Source: Sandaracinaceae bacterium | Lineage (GTDB): Bacteria; Myxococcota_A; Polyangia; Polyangiales; JADJQN01 | Direction of reading: 5' to 3' | DNA: 64,000 nt | Assembly (NCBI GenBank): GCA_016712745.1 | Contig: JADJQN010000001.1 | Span: forward strand, 1,009,494-1,073,493 | Shown here: piece after piece, positions 48,264 to 57,225 of the stretch | Layout: each line of letters starts with the position of its first letter | Numbering within the stretch: position 1 is the first letter of the stretch | Notes under the pieces: generated by a model | The model's input: the letters and a program-made list of their open reading frames with translations, nothing else | What the model was told of the DNA's origin: nothing | The model's database searches: none | Made by a program: the position numbers and the translations under genes

Positions 48264-50111
48264 ATGAGCACCCTATCGTCCACGCTGCAGAACCTTACGA
48301 CCGAATACTTGGCGCTACACACGCGCAAGGAAGACCTTTTTTGGGAAGCGAAGATGGGGCTCGGGCGCGACTCCCAAGCGACGCAACGCGCCCTTGGCGA
48401 AGCGGAGATTGCGCTCAACCGTTTTTTGCAATCGCCCGAACGTCTCGCATCCCTTCGCGCACTGGAGAAAAGCGCGGAAGGTGACGAGCGTGAACGCAGA
48501 ATCCTTGGCGGGTGGCTTTCCATGTTCGCGGCGCATGTGGTCGAAGACCCGCGCGGTCGCGCCCTGAGCGAGCGCATCGTCGAGAAAGAACAAGAGCTGG
48601 CGCACAAGCGCGGCACAATGAAGCTTGGCTATGTCGAATCGAGTAGCAACGAGTTCGTCGAGGCCTCGAGTGTTAAGCTTGGCCTTATCCTGCGCACGGA
48701 TCCTGACGAAGCGCGCCGGAAAGCCGCATACGAGGGCCTACTCTCCATCGAGAGGTTCGTTCTCGACAACGGGTTTATTGAAATCGTGAAGCTGCGCAAT
48801 GAGCTTGGGCGTTTGCTCGGCTATGAGGATTACTACGACTACCGGGTGCAAGTTGTGGAGCGTATGAGCAAAGCGCATCTCTTTGAGGTGCTCTCAGCGT
48901 TCGTCGCGCGCACGGAAGCGGGCACGCGGACGGCCCTGGCCGCGTTCGCCAACGAACGAGGCAGCAGCGCGCTCGAACCGTGGAACTTCGTCTACCTGCG
49001 ATCGGGAGATCTTTCGCGCGCGCTCGATCCATACTTCGCATTCGCGGATGCGTTGCGTCGTTGGGGCACCTCGTTCGCTGCGCTCGGCGTCTCGTATCGT
49101 GGCGCAACGCTCACGCTCGATCTCGTCGACCGCCGCGGGAAGTATGAAAACGGCTTCATGCACGGGCCCGGACCGGCGTTCTTCGACGAAGGTCAATGGA
49201 AGCCTGCGCGCATCAACTTCACCGCGAACGCTATTCCGGGTGCCGTGGGCAGCGGTCTTCGCGCAGCGGAAACTCTCTTTCACGAAGGCGGGCACGCCGC
49301 GCATTTCAGCAACATTCTTTCCGATGCCCCCTGCTTTAGCCAGGAGTTCGCGCCGACAAGTGTCGCCTACGCCGAAACTCAATCGATGTTCATGGATTCG
49401 CTTTTGGGCGACGCGGACTGGAGGGCCAAGTACGCGCGCGACAAAGACGGAAACGCGATGCCGCTCGAACTCGTGGAGCGGTCGATTCGCGAGCACCAGC
49501 CGTTTCGCGCTTGGGAGATGCGTGCGATGGTCACAGTGCCCTTCGCCGAGAAGGCAATTTACGAATTGCGCGACGACGAGCTCACCAAAGAGCGCGTGCT
49601 GCAAACGCTACGCACGATTGAACAGCGCATGCAGGGGCTATCCTCCGGCCTGCGCCCTGTTCTCGCGATTCCGCATCTCCTGGCTGGCGAGTCGAGCGCG
49701 TACTATCACGGCTACGTTCTCGCCGAGATGGCGGTGCAGCAAACGCGCGCCTTCTTTCTCGCGCGCGATGGGCGGCTGACCGACAACCCGCGTATCGGCC
49801 CAGATTTGGCGCGCGCATATTGGTCTCCCGGCAATCAAGCGAGCTTCGACGAAACCCTGATGGCACTAACCGGCAAGGCACTCAGCGCCGATGCTCTCGT
49901 CGATACGTGCAACGAAACGGCGGAAGGCGCGGTCGCGGCGGCGCGCGTCGCGTACGCACGCGCAGAAGCTGAGGGACCGTACGCCGGTGCTGTAGAACTC
50001 GATGCAACCATTCATGTCATCCACGGACCGACCGAAGTCGCGTCGACCGATCGCGGCGGATTCGTGAAAGCCGCCGCCGATTTCGCGAACTGGATCGACG
50101 CACAAAGTTAG
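48264..50111 (+). CDS. M3-family zinc metallopeptidase (oligoendopeptidase-like)
   Basis: The ORF is 615 aa. The zinc motif is LFHEGGHAAHF (HExxH), with a downstream Glu-containing region. The size and helical N-terminal domain are typical of M3 peptidases. No signal peptide is present. Confidence 0.72.
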   Translation: MSTLSSTLQNLTTEYLALHTRKEDLFWEAKMGLGRDSQATQRALGEAEIALNRFLQSPERLASLRALEKSAEGDERERRILGGWLSMFAAHVVEDPRGRALSERIVEKEQELAHKRGTMKLGYVESSSNEFVEASSVKLGLILRTDPDEARRKAAYEGLLSIERFVLDNGFIEIVKLRNELGRLLGYEDYYDYRVQVVERMSKAHLFEVLSAFVARTEAGTRTALAAFANERGSSALEPWNFVYLRSGDLSRALDPYFAFADALRRWGTSFAALGVSYRGATLTLDLVDRRGKYENGFMHGPGPAFFDEGQWKPARINFTANAIPGAVGSGLRAAETLFHEGGHAAHFSNILSDAPCFSQEFAPTSVAYAETQSMFMDSLLGDADWRAKYARDKDGNAMPLELVERSIREHQPFRAWEMRAMVTVPFAEKAIYELRDDELTKERVLQTLRTIEQRMQGLSSGLRPVLAIPHLLAGESSAYYHGYVLAEMAVQQTRAFFLARDGRLTDNPRIGPDLARAYWSPGNQASFDETLMALTGKALSADALVDTCNETAEGAVAAARVAYARAEAEGPYAGAVELDATIHVIHGPTEVASTDRGGFVKAAADFANWIDAQS

Positions 50112-50953
50112 TTCGTTCCGCGAACTTCGACGGCGGGGCGAGAACCTTGCGCGGGCTGATCCGCGCCGCGAACTACGTCGCGTACGCTGCCGCCGCGGCG
50201 TGTGCGCTGGCCACCGGAACCACTGCTGCGACCGCTTTCACCCCACGAAGTGTAGAGAACAACACCGGCCGCCGCAGGTAGTCGGATCGTGAAGCCAAGC
50301 TGAAAGACGCCGTACTGCGCGCCATCAATTGACCGATAGTCTACGCCTGCGCTCAAGCCAAATCCCCACTCCCCTGTGCCCGCGCCAAGAAAGCCGGCTG
50401 CGCCGCTGCTATCGACGCCTGCCGCGGCGACGACGCCGCCCGCGAACGAAACGAGCTCGATGTTCAGCGCCGCACCACCGCCAAACCCGACGGTCGTTCC
50501 AAGCCCATTCGCAAAGAGTATGTCGCTATGCACCGCCGTCGAGGTGCGCACAAACCAGTTATCGGAGATCTGCGCCATCCACAGGTTGTATGTGAACTCG
50601 AGATAGGGACCGTGTTTCCAGAACGATGAAAGGCCTGGTTCGGGCATCACCTCGAAGAGATAGCCCGCACCGAGATCAAAACGGCGTGTGAATAGACTCG
50701 GAAATGCCTGAAGAGGATGGAGACCAAGGCGCGTTGTCACCACCGGCGCCACACTTTGCTCCACAGCACTTGCTCTCGTAGGAGCCAGTCGCCCCGCGGC
50801 GAAGCCCCCGCTTTGCGCGATGCGCGCCGGCGGCGAGATCACCGGCACGACAACGCATCCGGCGCTCGCACTTGCGAGCGAGATGACCACAAGGAAAAGG
50901 CGAGCGTAGCTACGTGAAGTCATGTATCGAGGGTGGAGCAAGCGATATGCCAC
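50108..50953 (-). CDS. Hypothetical lipoprotein / beta-rich envelope protein
   Basis: The likely start is MTSRSYARLFLVVISLASASAGC at 50923. The body is Gly/aromatic-rich with an alternating pattern, and the C-terminal tail is basic and Gly/Ser/Arg-rich. Confidence 0.55.
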   Translation of the reverse strand: MAYRLLHPRYMTSRSYARLFLVVISLASASAGCVVVPVISPPARIAQSGGFAAGRLAPTRASAVEQSVAPVVTTRLGLHPLQAFPSLFTRRFDLGAGYLFEVMPEPGLSSFWKHGPYLEFTYNLWMAQISDNWFVRTSTAVHSDILFANGLGTTVGFGGGAALNIELVSFAGGVVAAAGVDSSGAAGFLGAGTGEWGFGLSAGVDYRSIDGAQYGVFQLGFTIRLPAAAGVVLYTSWGESGRSSGSGGQRTRRGGSVRDVVRGADQPAQGSRPAVEVRGTN

Positions 50954-51097
50954 GCGCTTGCGGGGCTAGGATTCCAGATACTCAGAGCGAAATCACGGAA
51001 GATCTCTCTGGCGTCGCCTCGCGGCGCAGCGCGAGCGTGAACAAATGGCAGCAGACAATGTGAAACGCCGTTCACACGAAGCGTAGCGTGCATGCTT

Positions 51098-51131
51098 AAA
51101 GAAAAACCCCGGCGGGCAATGCTCACCGGGG
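51098..51131 (-). terminator. Rho-independent terminator downstream of 51159..51680
   Basis: The minus-strand RNA reads CCCCGGUG-agcauugc-CCGCCGGGG followed by UUUUUCUUU. This gives an 8-bp GC-rich stem including one G-U pair, 28 nt after the stop codon. Confidence 0.78.
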
Positions 51132-51158
51132 CCACTCTATCGAGACGAACGAACCGTG

Positions 51159-51680
51159 TTACGGGTGGTTGCTCTCGAGCTCGGTCACGTGAAGGACCGC
51201 GCGGACCTGCTGACCATTCTGGTAGCTGCCAACCCACACGTCGATCTGGCCGGCGCCTTCATTGCGAAGGTCGACGCTCGGGTTCGTTCCGCCGTACGAG
51301 TCGTCATTGCACGCCCATGAGCCGTTCGCACGGTTGATGATGAGTGTGGTGTCGCCGCCGCCCGTCGCGTAGATGCGAAGGAAGTCGTCCGCCGCAGTGA
51401 GGTTGATGCGGAAGTCCGGCTGGCTCGTGACCCAACCCGTGCAGCCTGGTGCGAGGTTCGCGCCGCTGGCGTCGATGCTGCCGCCCGACGTGACGTTCAC
51501 GTTCATGGGATCCGGCGTGAAGCCTGGGGTCACGTTGCGCACGCCGAAGTTCGGCGTTCCGTTCGTGTTCAAGCCACCGCTCTGCGCGCTAGCCGGAACT
51601 GCGAGAGAAACTACGAGAGCGCCACCAAGCACCAAAGATGCTGATTTACGAAGGCTAAAAATGTTCACGGCTAGCTCCAT
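51159..51680 (-). CDS. Small secreted protein of unknown function
   Basis: The ORF is 173 aa with signal peptide ...SLVLGGALVVSLAVPASAQS. The mature part is beta-rich with two Cys (APGCTGW and SWACNDD). It is followed by a clear terminator. An alternative GTG start lies at 51668, with GGAG upstream. Confidence 0.65.
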   Translation of the reverse strand: MELAVNIFSLRKSASLVLGGALVVSLAVPASAQSGGLNTNGTPNFGVRNVTPGFTPDPMNVNVTSGGSIDASGANLAPGCTGWVTSQPDFRINLTAADDFLRIYATGGGDTTLIINRANGSWACNDDSYGGTNPSVDLRNEGAGQIDVWVGSYQNGQQVRAVLHVTELESNHP

Positions 51681-51825
51681 TCAGGTTGAGAGAAAACGAC
51701 TGCGTCTGACGTGTGAAGGCCGCCCCCGATTCAGCGCCGCGGCTCCCCCGGACAGATCTATATCGATTTGTGTAGCGAACTTCTACGGAAACTATCGGAG
51801 TCGCGCTGATCGCCCCCGCGCCCGC

Positions 51826-53769
51826 TCACGCCGATGGGCCCGCGTAGCTGCTTTGGTCGTGAGTTAACTCAAAGATGACGCGGCGCACCGTAGCGACCGT
51901 AAAAGGCTTCTCAAGAACCTTGCTGGCGTTTTGCGCGAGAAAACCCGCTGCCCGCTCCGTGCACGCGCCGCCCGTCATGAATACGAAGCGAGGCAAGAGT
52001 TCGGGCATGACGTGGGCTACACGCGCGTACACATCCATCCCAGTAACCCCCGGCATCATCATGTCGCAAAGCACGACGTCAAACGATCGTCCCGACAGAA
52101 GGATGGCACATGCGGCCTCGCCGCTGTTGGCCGTGGTCACGTCATGGTCGTCCGCGATGAGCATTCGCAGAGTGGTCAAAAGCGATGGCTCGTCGTCGAC
52201 GATAAGCACCTGGGATCGAGCGCGCGTCGCCCGCGGCGACGAAACCGAACTCGGCGTAGCAAAGGAGCGCGCCGCCACTGCATTTAGAAGCACGCGCGCC
52301 GTCGTGCCCACGCCGACTTGGCTTTCCAAGACGATTTCCCCGCTAAGCTGCTTCACAATGCCGTGACTAATGGAAAGGCCCAGCCCCGTGCCGCCAGAGC
52401 TCGACTTGGTTGTGAAGAACGGGTCAAACACTCTGGGCAAAACCGCGTCGTCCATCCCCGATCCGTTGTCTTTGATCTCGACGGCTACGCGGCCGTCTGC
52501 GGCTACGTACGCACGTATGTCAATTCGGTTCTCCGCTCGTCCCTCGGGCAACGCTTGAGCTGCGTTGATCAACAAGTTCACGAATACTTGCTCAAGTCGC
52601 TGAGCGTGCCCCATCGCCAAGGGCACAACGCCGTAGTCCGTGCACACGCGCGTGTGATGACGCAGTTGGTGTGTGGTCATGCGCTCTGCGGCGGCCAACG
52701 ACTCCAAAACATTGGTAGGACCGGGCGGCGCGGTATCGGTGCGCGAAAACGCACGCAACTCACGAATAATGCCCGCGACCCGATCGACACCGGCGCGCAG
52801 CTCATCGATCGCTGCGGCGATGCTCTTGCGCTCTCCCTGATCCACGCGCTCAAGCGCTGGAGACAACCGATTCGCAAGGTCCTCAAGAGAGAGCGACATA
52901 ACGGCGAGCGGATTGTTAATCTCGTGTGCGACGCCAGCGGCGAGAGTCCCAAGCGCCACCAATCGCTCACTTTGGACGAGCTGCGCTTCGAGCTTCGCCC
53001 GGTACGTTACGTCGCGCGCAAATCCCATCACGGCGAGCTGCCCGTCGTGCTCGTAGGGTACCGACGTGATTTCGGCAATGATGCGCGAGCCATCGCGGCG
53101 CTTCGCCTCATAGACGCGTGGAGCGAACTGCACGCCCTCGCGCATCTTGGCCACGCGCTCGGTCATAGCTTCCGTGTCGACGGGCGACATCAAAGCGTGA
53201 AGCGAGACGCCCTTGATCGCGTGAGCGTCGTCGTAGCCGAGCAGGCGAGCAGCGGCGGGGTTTGCATCGAGCACAACGCCGTTGCGCGAGATAACAATTC
53301 CGTCCGGTGCTGACTCGATCACACGACGAAGCCGCGCTTCTTCTGCGCGACGGCTCGAGATGTCCCAGAAGAAGACGACGATGCCGCGCGACGTGCCAAC
53401 CGGCGGTTCCGCTACCGCGTAGGCTATCGGGACGCGACGCCCGTCCCCTCGGATGATCTCTGTTTCGATAATCGGTTCGCACGGCTCGCCCGCCAGGCGA
53501 CGACGATGCAACTCTTCCAGGCGCTGCCGATCTTCAGGGGCAACGAAATCGAACATGTTGCGCGAAAGCATTTCCTCGCGCGTTCGTCCGACGATCGCTA
53601 GCGCCGCGTCGCTCACGTGGACACCGCGCACAGTTCCCTCGACAGGCATCGTGATGCAGACGCCCATGTTGGCGATGCGCACCGCGTCGAGAATCGCCTG
53701 CCCGTAGAGGTCGAGCTCTACCTGGCTTCCATCAGTATGTTCGTGCTGCGCCATCTGGAGCAGCCACAT
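51826..53769 (-). CDS. Hybrid sensor histidine kinase (2x PAS, HisKA, HATPase_c, C-terminal receiver)
   Basis: The ORF is 647 aa. The H-box is AAGVAHEINNPLAV. The N/G boxes are LINAAQAL, DNGSGM and GTGLGLSISHGIV. The receiver reads VLIVDDEPS...DVVLCDMMMPGVTG. Confidence 0.9.
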   Translation of the reverse strand: MWLLQMAQHEHTDGSQVELDLYGQAILDAVRIANMGVCITMPVEGTVRGVHVSDAALAIVGRTREEMLSRNMFDFVAPEDRQRLEELHRRRLAGEPCEPIIETEIIRGDGRRVPIAYAVAEPPVGTSRGIVVFFWDISSRRAEEARLRRVIESAPDGIVISRNGVVLDANPAAARLLGYDDAHAIKGVSLHALMSPVDTEAMTERVAKMREGVQFAPRVYEAKRRDGSRIIAEITSVPYEHDGQLAVMGFARDVTYRAKLEAQLVQSERLVALGTLAAGVAHEINNPLAVMSLSLEDLANRLSPALERVDQGERKSIAAAIDELRAGVDRVAGIIRELRAFSRTDTAPPGPTNVLESLAAAERMTTHQLRHHTRVCTDYGVVPLAMGHAQRLEQVFVNLLINAAQALPEGRAENRIDIRAYVAADGRVAVEIKDNGSGMDDAVLPRVFDPFFTTKSSSGGTGLGLSISHGIVKQLSGEIVLESQVGVGTTARVLLNAVAARSFATPSSVSSPRATRARSQVLIVDDEPSLLTTLRMLIADDHDVTTANSGEAACAILLSGRSFDVVLCDMMMPGVTGMDVYARVAHVMPELLPRFVFMTGGACTERAAGFLAQNASKVLEKPFTVATVRRVIFELTHDQSSYAGPSA

Positions 53770-53815
53770 TACTACTTAATGGGCGGCGAACCAGGCCACA
53801 ACGCAACACGCGCTA

Positions 53816-54634
53816 TCAGAACGTCGCGGAGAAAAGATCGACGTGCACTTCGGCGCGTTGATCGCGCGGTGACATGCCCATGCGGCGCATATCTTCGACG
53901 GAGTAAGTCGCAACCGTGGTGACCGCGGGCATCCCCACGAACCAGCCGCGCTGGTTCACGCGAAGAAGCCCGGTGCCAACGGCCGCGAGCGGACGCGAAC
54001 GGTGACGACGGCTTGCACCAGGCGAGGGAGCGGGCGCAGGCGTCGCCTCGGGAGCTGCTTGTGCGGGGGGAGACGTCGCTGAGTCGGGGGTCGCGGTGTT
54101 GCCGGTCGAATCTCCAGGATCGATGGAATCGCCAGTATCGACAGCGTCACTGTCGCTTCCGCCACTGCCCACTTCGTAGTCTTCCGCTGCGGCGGCTGGA
54201 ACTTCTGCGCCATCGATCGTCGAGTTCTCGTCGAGATCATCTGCAGGGTCGTACGCGGTCTCCGAGAGGGTCAGAACCATCGCCGGAATCACCAAAGCCA
54301 TACCTGCGGCGAGGGCCGCAACGCCAATCTCTTGGTGCGTTCCCGGTTGGTCAATCAGGAAGAAACCCGTGAGAGCACCCGCCGCAGCACCGACGGTCGG
54401 GAAGACGACGTAGGCCCACGTTTCGTCTACGCCGACCAGGGCCGGAATGACGAAGCCGAGCTCGGCGCCCACAAGACCAAGACCAATGGTGCCTTTGCCC
54501 ATAGTGTCGACTTGCGTGGCCGCCGGAACCTGCGCATGCGCAGTTCCTGCAACGACTTGAGTTGAAAGCACAATCGCAGCGACGGCGGCGACGAACCAAG
54601 AAATCTTACCGAGCTTCAAAGCTCTACCCTCCAT
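53816..54634 (-). CDS. Hypothetical membrane protein with Gly-zipper TM segments and an acidic Pro-rich linker
   Basis: The ORF is 272 aa with a signal peptide ending AGTAHAQ. It has three Gly/Ala-rich hydrophobic segments and a D/E/P/T-rich low-complexity region. It ends ...VDLFSATF. Confidence 0.5.
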   Translation of the reverse strand: MEGRALKLGKISWFVAAVAAIVLSTQVVAGTAHAQVPAATQVDTMGKGTIGLGLVGAELGFVIPALVGVDETWAYVVFPTVGAAAGALTGFFLIDQPGTHQEIGVAALAAGMALVIPAMVLTLSETAYDPADDLDENSTIDGAEVPAAAAEDYEVGSGGSDSDAVDTGDSIDPGDSTGNTATPDSATSPPAQAAPEATPAPAPSPGASRRHRSRPLAAVGTGLLRVNQRGWFVGMPAVTTVATYSVEDMRRMGMSPRDQRAEVHVDLFSATF

Positions 54635-54734
54635 AAGGGACAGCGGGCTGACCTTAACACGTGTCCCTAAATAACAGCAACACGCTTTGGTTTCGCAAAC
54701 CCAGGCGATTATTCACAGTATACTGACCGCCCCC

Positions 54735-55643
54735 ATGAGCTTGACCGACAAAGTCGTCATAACCTGCGCGCTAACAGGCGTGCTCGCGACGCGAAAACAG
54801 TCGCCTGGCATCCCTTACACCCCGGCGGAAATCGGCGAAGAGGCCCGCCGTGCGCACGATGCCGGCGCTTCGGTTGTACACATTCACGCCCGCAACGACG
54901 ACGGGTCGCCAACCTTCAGCCCCAAGGTCTTCGCTGCCATTCGCGACGAGGTGCGTAAACGCTCGCCTGTCATCTTGAACTTCTCAACGGGCACAATCCT
55001 CGACGACGTGAGCGAGCAGTGCACCTACATCAAGGAATCTCGCCCCGAGATTGCCGCGCTCAACATGGGCTCGATGAATTATTCGAAGTACTCGGAGAAG
55101 CGCAAAGAGTTCGTGTTCGACATGATCTTTCCGAACCCGTACGGAAAGATGCTGAAGCTGCTCGCCGCAATGAACGAAGCGGGCGTAAAGCCCGAGCTCG
55201 AGTGTTTCGACTCAGGCCATACAGCGGGCATCGCGCCTCTGATCGATATGGGCATCCTGAAAGCGCCCATGCAGTTTTCCTTCATCGTGAACGTGCTCGG
55301 CGGAATCCCTCCGCTGGTCGAGTCGCTACAGTTGCAAACACGGATCATGCCCGCAGGTTCGCAGTGGGAAGTGATCGGTATCTCCCACGGGCATTGGCGC
55401 ATGCTCGCCGCGGCGCTCGTGCTTGGTGGCAACATTCGCACCGGCCTCGAGGATCATCTCTACTTGCCCAACGGCGAGATGGCCACAAGCAACGGCGCCA
55501 TGGTGGAGGTGGCCGCTCGCCTCACGCGCGACATCGGACGTACTCCAGCGACTGTCGGCGAGGCACGGCAAATCCTTGGCCTACACGAATTCGCAGCAGG
55601 GCGCGACGCTGCGGTCGCGGCCGAGCAGCACGCAGACGCATGA
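54735..55643 (+). CDS. Beta-keto acid cleavage enzyme (BKACE/DUF849, 3-keto-5-aminohexanoate cleavage-like)
   Basis: The start is taken at MSLTDKVVITCALTGV. The motifs TPAEIGEEARRAHDAGASVVHIHAR and the TIM-barrel pattern are typical of Kce-family enzymes. Confidence 0.8.
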   Translation: MSLTDKVVITCALTGVLATRKQSPGIPYTPAEIGEEARRAHDAGASVVHIHARNDDGSPTFSPKVFAAIRDEVRKRSPVILNFSTGTILDDVSEQCTYIKESRPEIAALNMGSMNYSKYSEKRKEFVFDMIFPNPYGKMLKLLAAMNEAGVKPELECFDSGHTAGIAPLIDMGILKAPMQFSFIVNVLGGIPPLVESLQLQTRIMPAGSQWEVIGISHGHWRMLAAALVLGGNIRTGLEDHLYLPNGEMATSNGAMVEVAARLTRDIGRTPATVGEARQILGLHEFAAGRDAAVAAEQHADA

Positions 55644-56428
55644 GCACGCCGGCGTTTCGGACGATTCTTTATACCGTCGCCGACCACGTGGCGACGATCA
55701 CACTCAACCTTCCCGACCGCAAAAATGTGATTGGCGTCGAGATGGCCAACGAGCTTGTGGTCGCCGTGGACGAAGCGGCAGGCGATGCGAATGTGCGCGC
55801 GATCGTGCTCACGGGCGCAGGCAGCGTTTTTTGCGCAGGCGGTGACCTGGCGGGAATGCCCACAGGCAGCGATGCGCATAAGCCGCTCGCGATGCGAGGC
55901 GACTTTGGCGCACTGCTCATACGCCTCGCCGAAATTGAGAAACCGACCGTCGCGCGCGTGCAAGGTCCGGCGATGGGCGGGGGCTTGGGTCTCCTCGCGA
56001 GCTGCCACATCGCAATCGCATGCGAGAGTGCAACTTTTGCGACGCCGGAAATCAAGCGTGGTTTTTTCCCATTCATGATTTCCGCCGTGCTCGAGCGAGT
56101 GATGCCGCGCCGCAAGATGATGGAAATGATTTTGCTGGGCGAGAAGATGAGCGCGCACGAGGCGCGCGAGGCCGGATTGCTTACGCGCGTCGTGCCTGAC
56201 TCGGAGCTAGATGCGATTGTCAGCAACATCGCAAGGAGTCTCGCTGAGCTGTCGCCCTCGGCCGTGCGAACGGGCCTCTCAGCCCTGCAGGACAATGTAG
56301 ACTCATCGCTGCGTGACTCCGTGCCGCGCCTACGCGACGCGCTCATTGCGGCCCTCGCGACCGAGGACGCTCGCGAAGGCATCGCCGCATTCCTAGAAAA
56401 GCGGAAACCGAACTGGACGGGGCGCTAA
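55640..56428 (+). CDS. Enoyl-CoA hydratase/isomerase (crotonase) family protein
   Basis: The ATG overlaps the upstream stop (ATGA). The sequence reads MSTPAFRTILYTVADHVATITLNLPDRKNV..., with VFCAGGDL and the oxyanion-hole pattern, and has 262 aa. The longer track ORF (55019) lies inside the previous gene. Confidence 0.85.
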   Translation: MSTPAFRTILYTVADHVATITLNLPDRKNVIGVEMANELVVAVDEAAGDANVRAIVLTGAGSVFCAGGDLAGMPTGSDAHKPLAMRGDFGALLIRLAEIEKPTVARVQGPAMGGGLGLLASCHIAIACESATFATPEIKRGFFPFMISAVLERVMPRRKMMEMILLGEKMSAHEAREAGLLTRVVPDSELDAIVSNIARSLAELSPSAVRTGLSALQDNVDSSLRDSVPRLRDALIAALATEDAREGIAAFLEKRKPNWTGR

Positions 56429-56489
56429 ACCTCTCGTCTCGCTTCGCGAGTTGTGGTGGGATGCGCCCTACTCTTCGAAGGAGGACGTC

Positions 56490-57134
56490 ATGAACCGTTC
56501 ACTCGCATTTCAAGTTTTGACGCTCTGCGTCGCCGCTTCGCTCGTCGGCTGTGCACACGATCACGAGTCTTGTGCCCACGCGCACACGACGCCAAACGCC
56601 GCCGTTGCGAACGGATTCCCCCTCGCTGATCCAATCACGGCGCCAGCGTCGCTCACGGTACGCTCGGCGGACTTCGCCGAAGGTGGCGCAATCCCGCTCA
56701 CCCATGTTTTTAGCGGTATGGGTTGCGGCGGAGGGAATGAAAGCCCCGCGCTTGCATGGAGCGGCGCTCCCGAAGGCACTCAAAGCTATGCGATCGTCGT
56801 TCACGATCCCGATGCGCCGACCGGCGTTGGATTCTTCCATTGGAGCGTCTTCGATCTGCCGGCAGCCACGACGTCGCTCGCGCGCAACGCTGCGGCGAGT
56901 CCGCCCGCGGGCGCTGTGATGGGCCGCACCGACTTTGGCACCAATACGTATGGCGGCCCTTGCCCGCCCCCGGGCGCGCCGCATCGCTACGCGTTCACTG
57001 TCTATGCGCTCGACGTTCCGAGCCTTGGGGTCGACGCGACGGCATCTGGCGCGCTCCTTCGCTTCATGCTCGCCCAGCACACCCTGGCGTACGGTCGTCT
57101 GGTCGGCACCTACCAGCGCTCAGAAAGTCCGTAG
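56490..57134 (+). CDS. YbhB/YbcL-family PEBP (Raf-kinase-inhibitor-like) lipoprotein
   Basis: The RBS GAAGGAGGA is strong. The sequence MNRSLAFQVLTLCVAASLVGCAHD carries a lipobox. The PEBP motifs are VVHDPDAPTG..FFHWSVFDL and GPCPPPGAPHRYAFTVYALD. Confidence 0.85.
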   Translation: MNRSLAFQVLTLCVAASLVGCAHDHESCAHAHTTPNAAVANGFPLADPITAPASLTVRSADFAEGGAIPLTHVFSGMGCGGGNESPALAWSGAPEGTQSYAIVVHDPDAPTGVGFFHWSVFDLPAATTSLARNAAASPPAGAVMGRTDFGTNTYGGPCPPPGAPHRYAFTVYALDVPSLGVDATASGALLRFMLAQHTLAYGRLVGTYQRSESP

Positions 57135-57225
57135 TTTTGCTGGCGCGCGGGCGAGTGACAGGACACACTCATGTCACTCGTTTGTCACATACCCACTTGG
57201 GGGACGTGTGGCTCGACCCGGCGCG

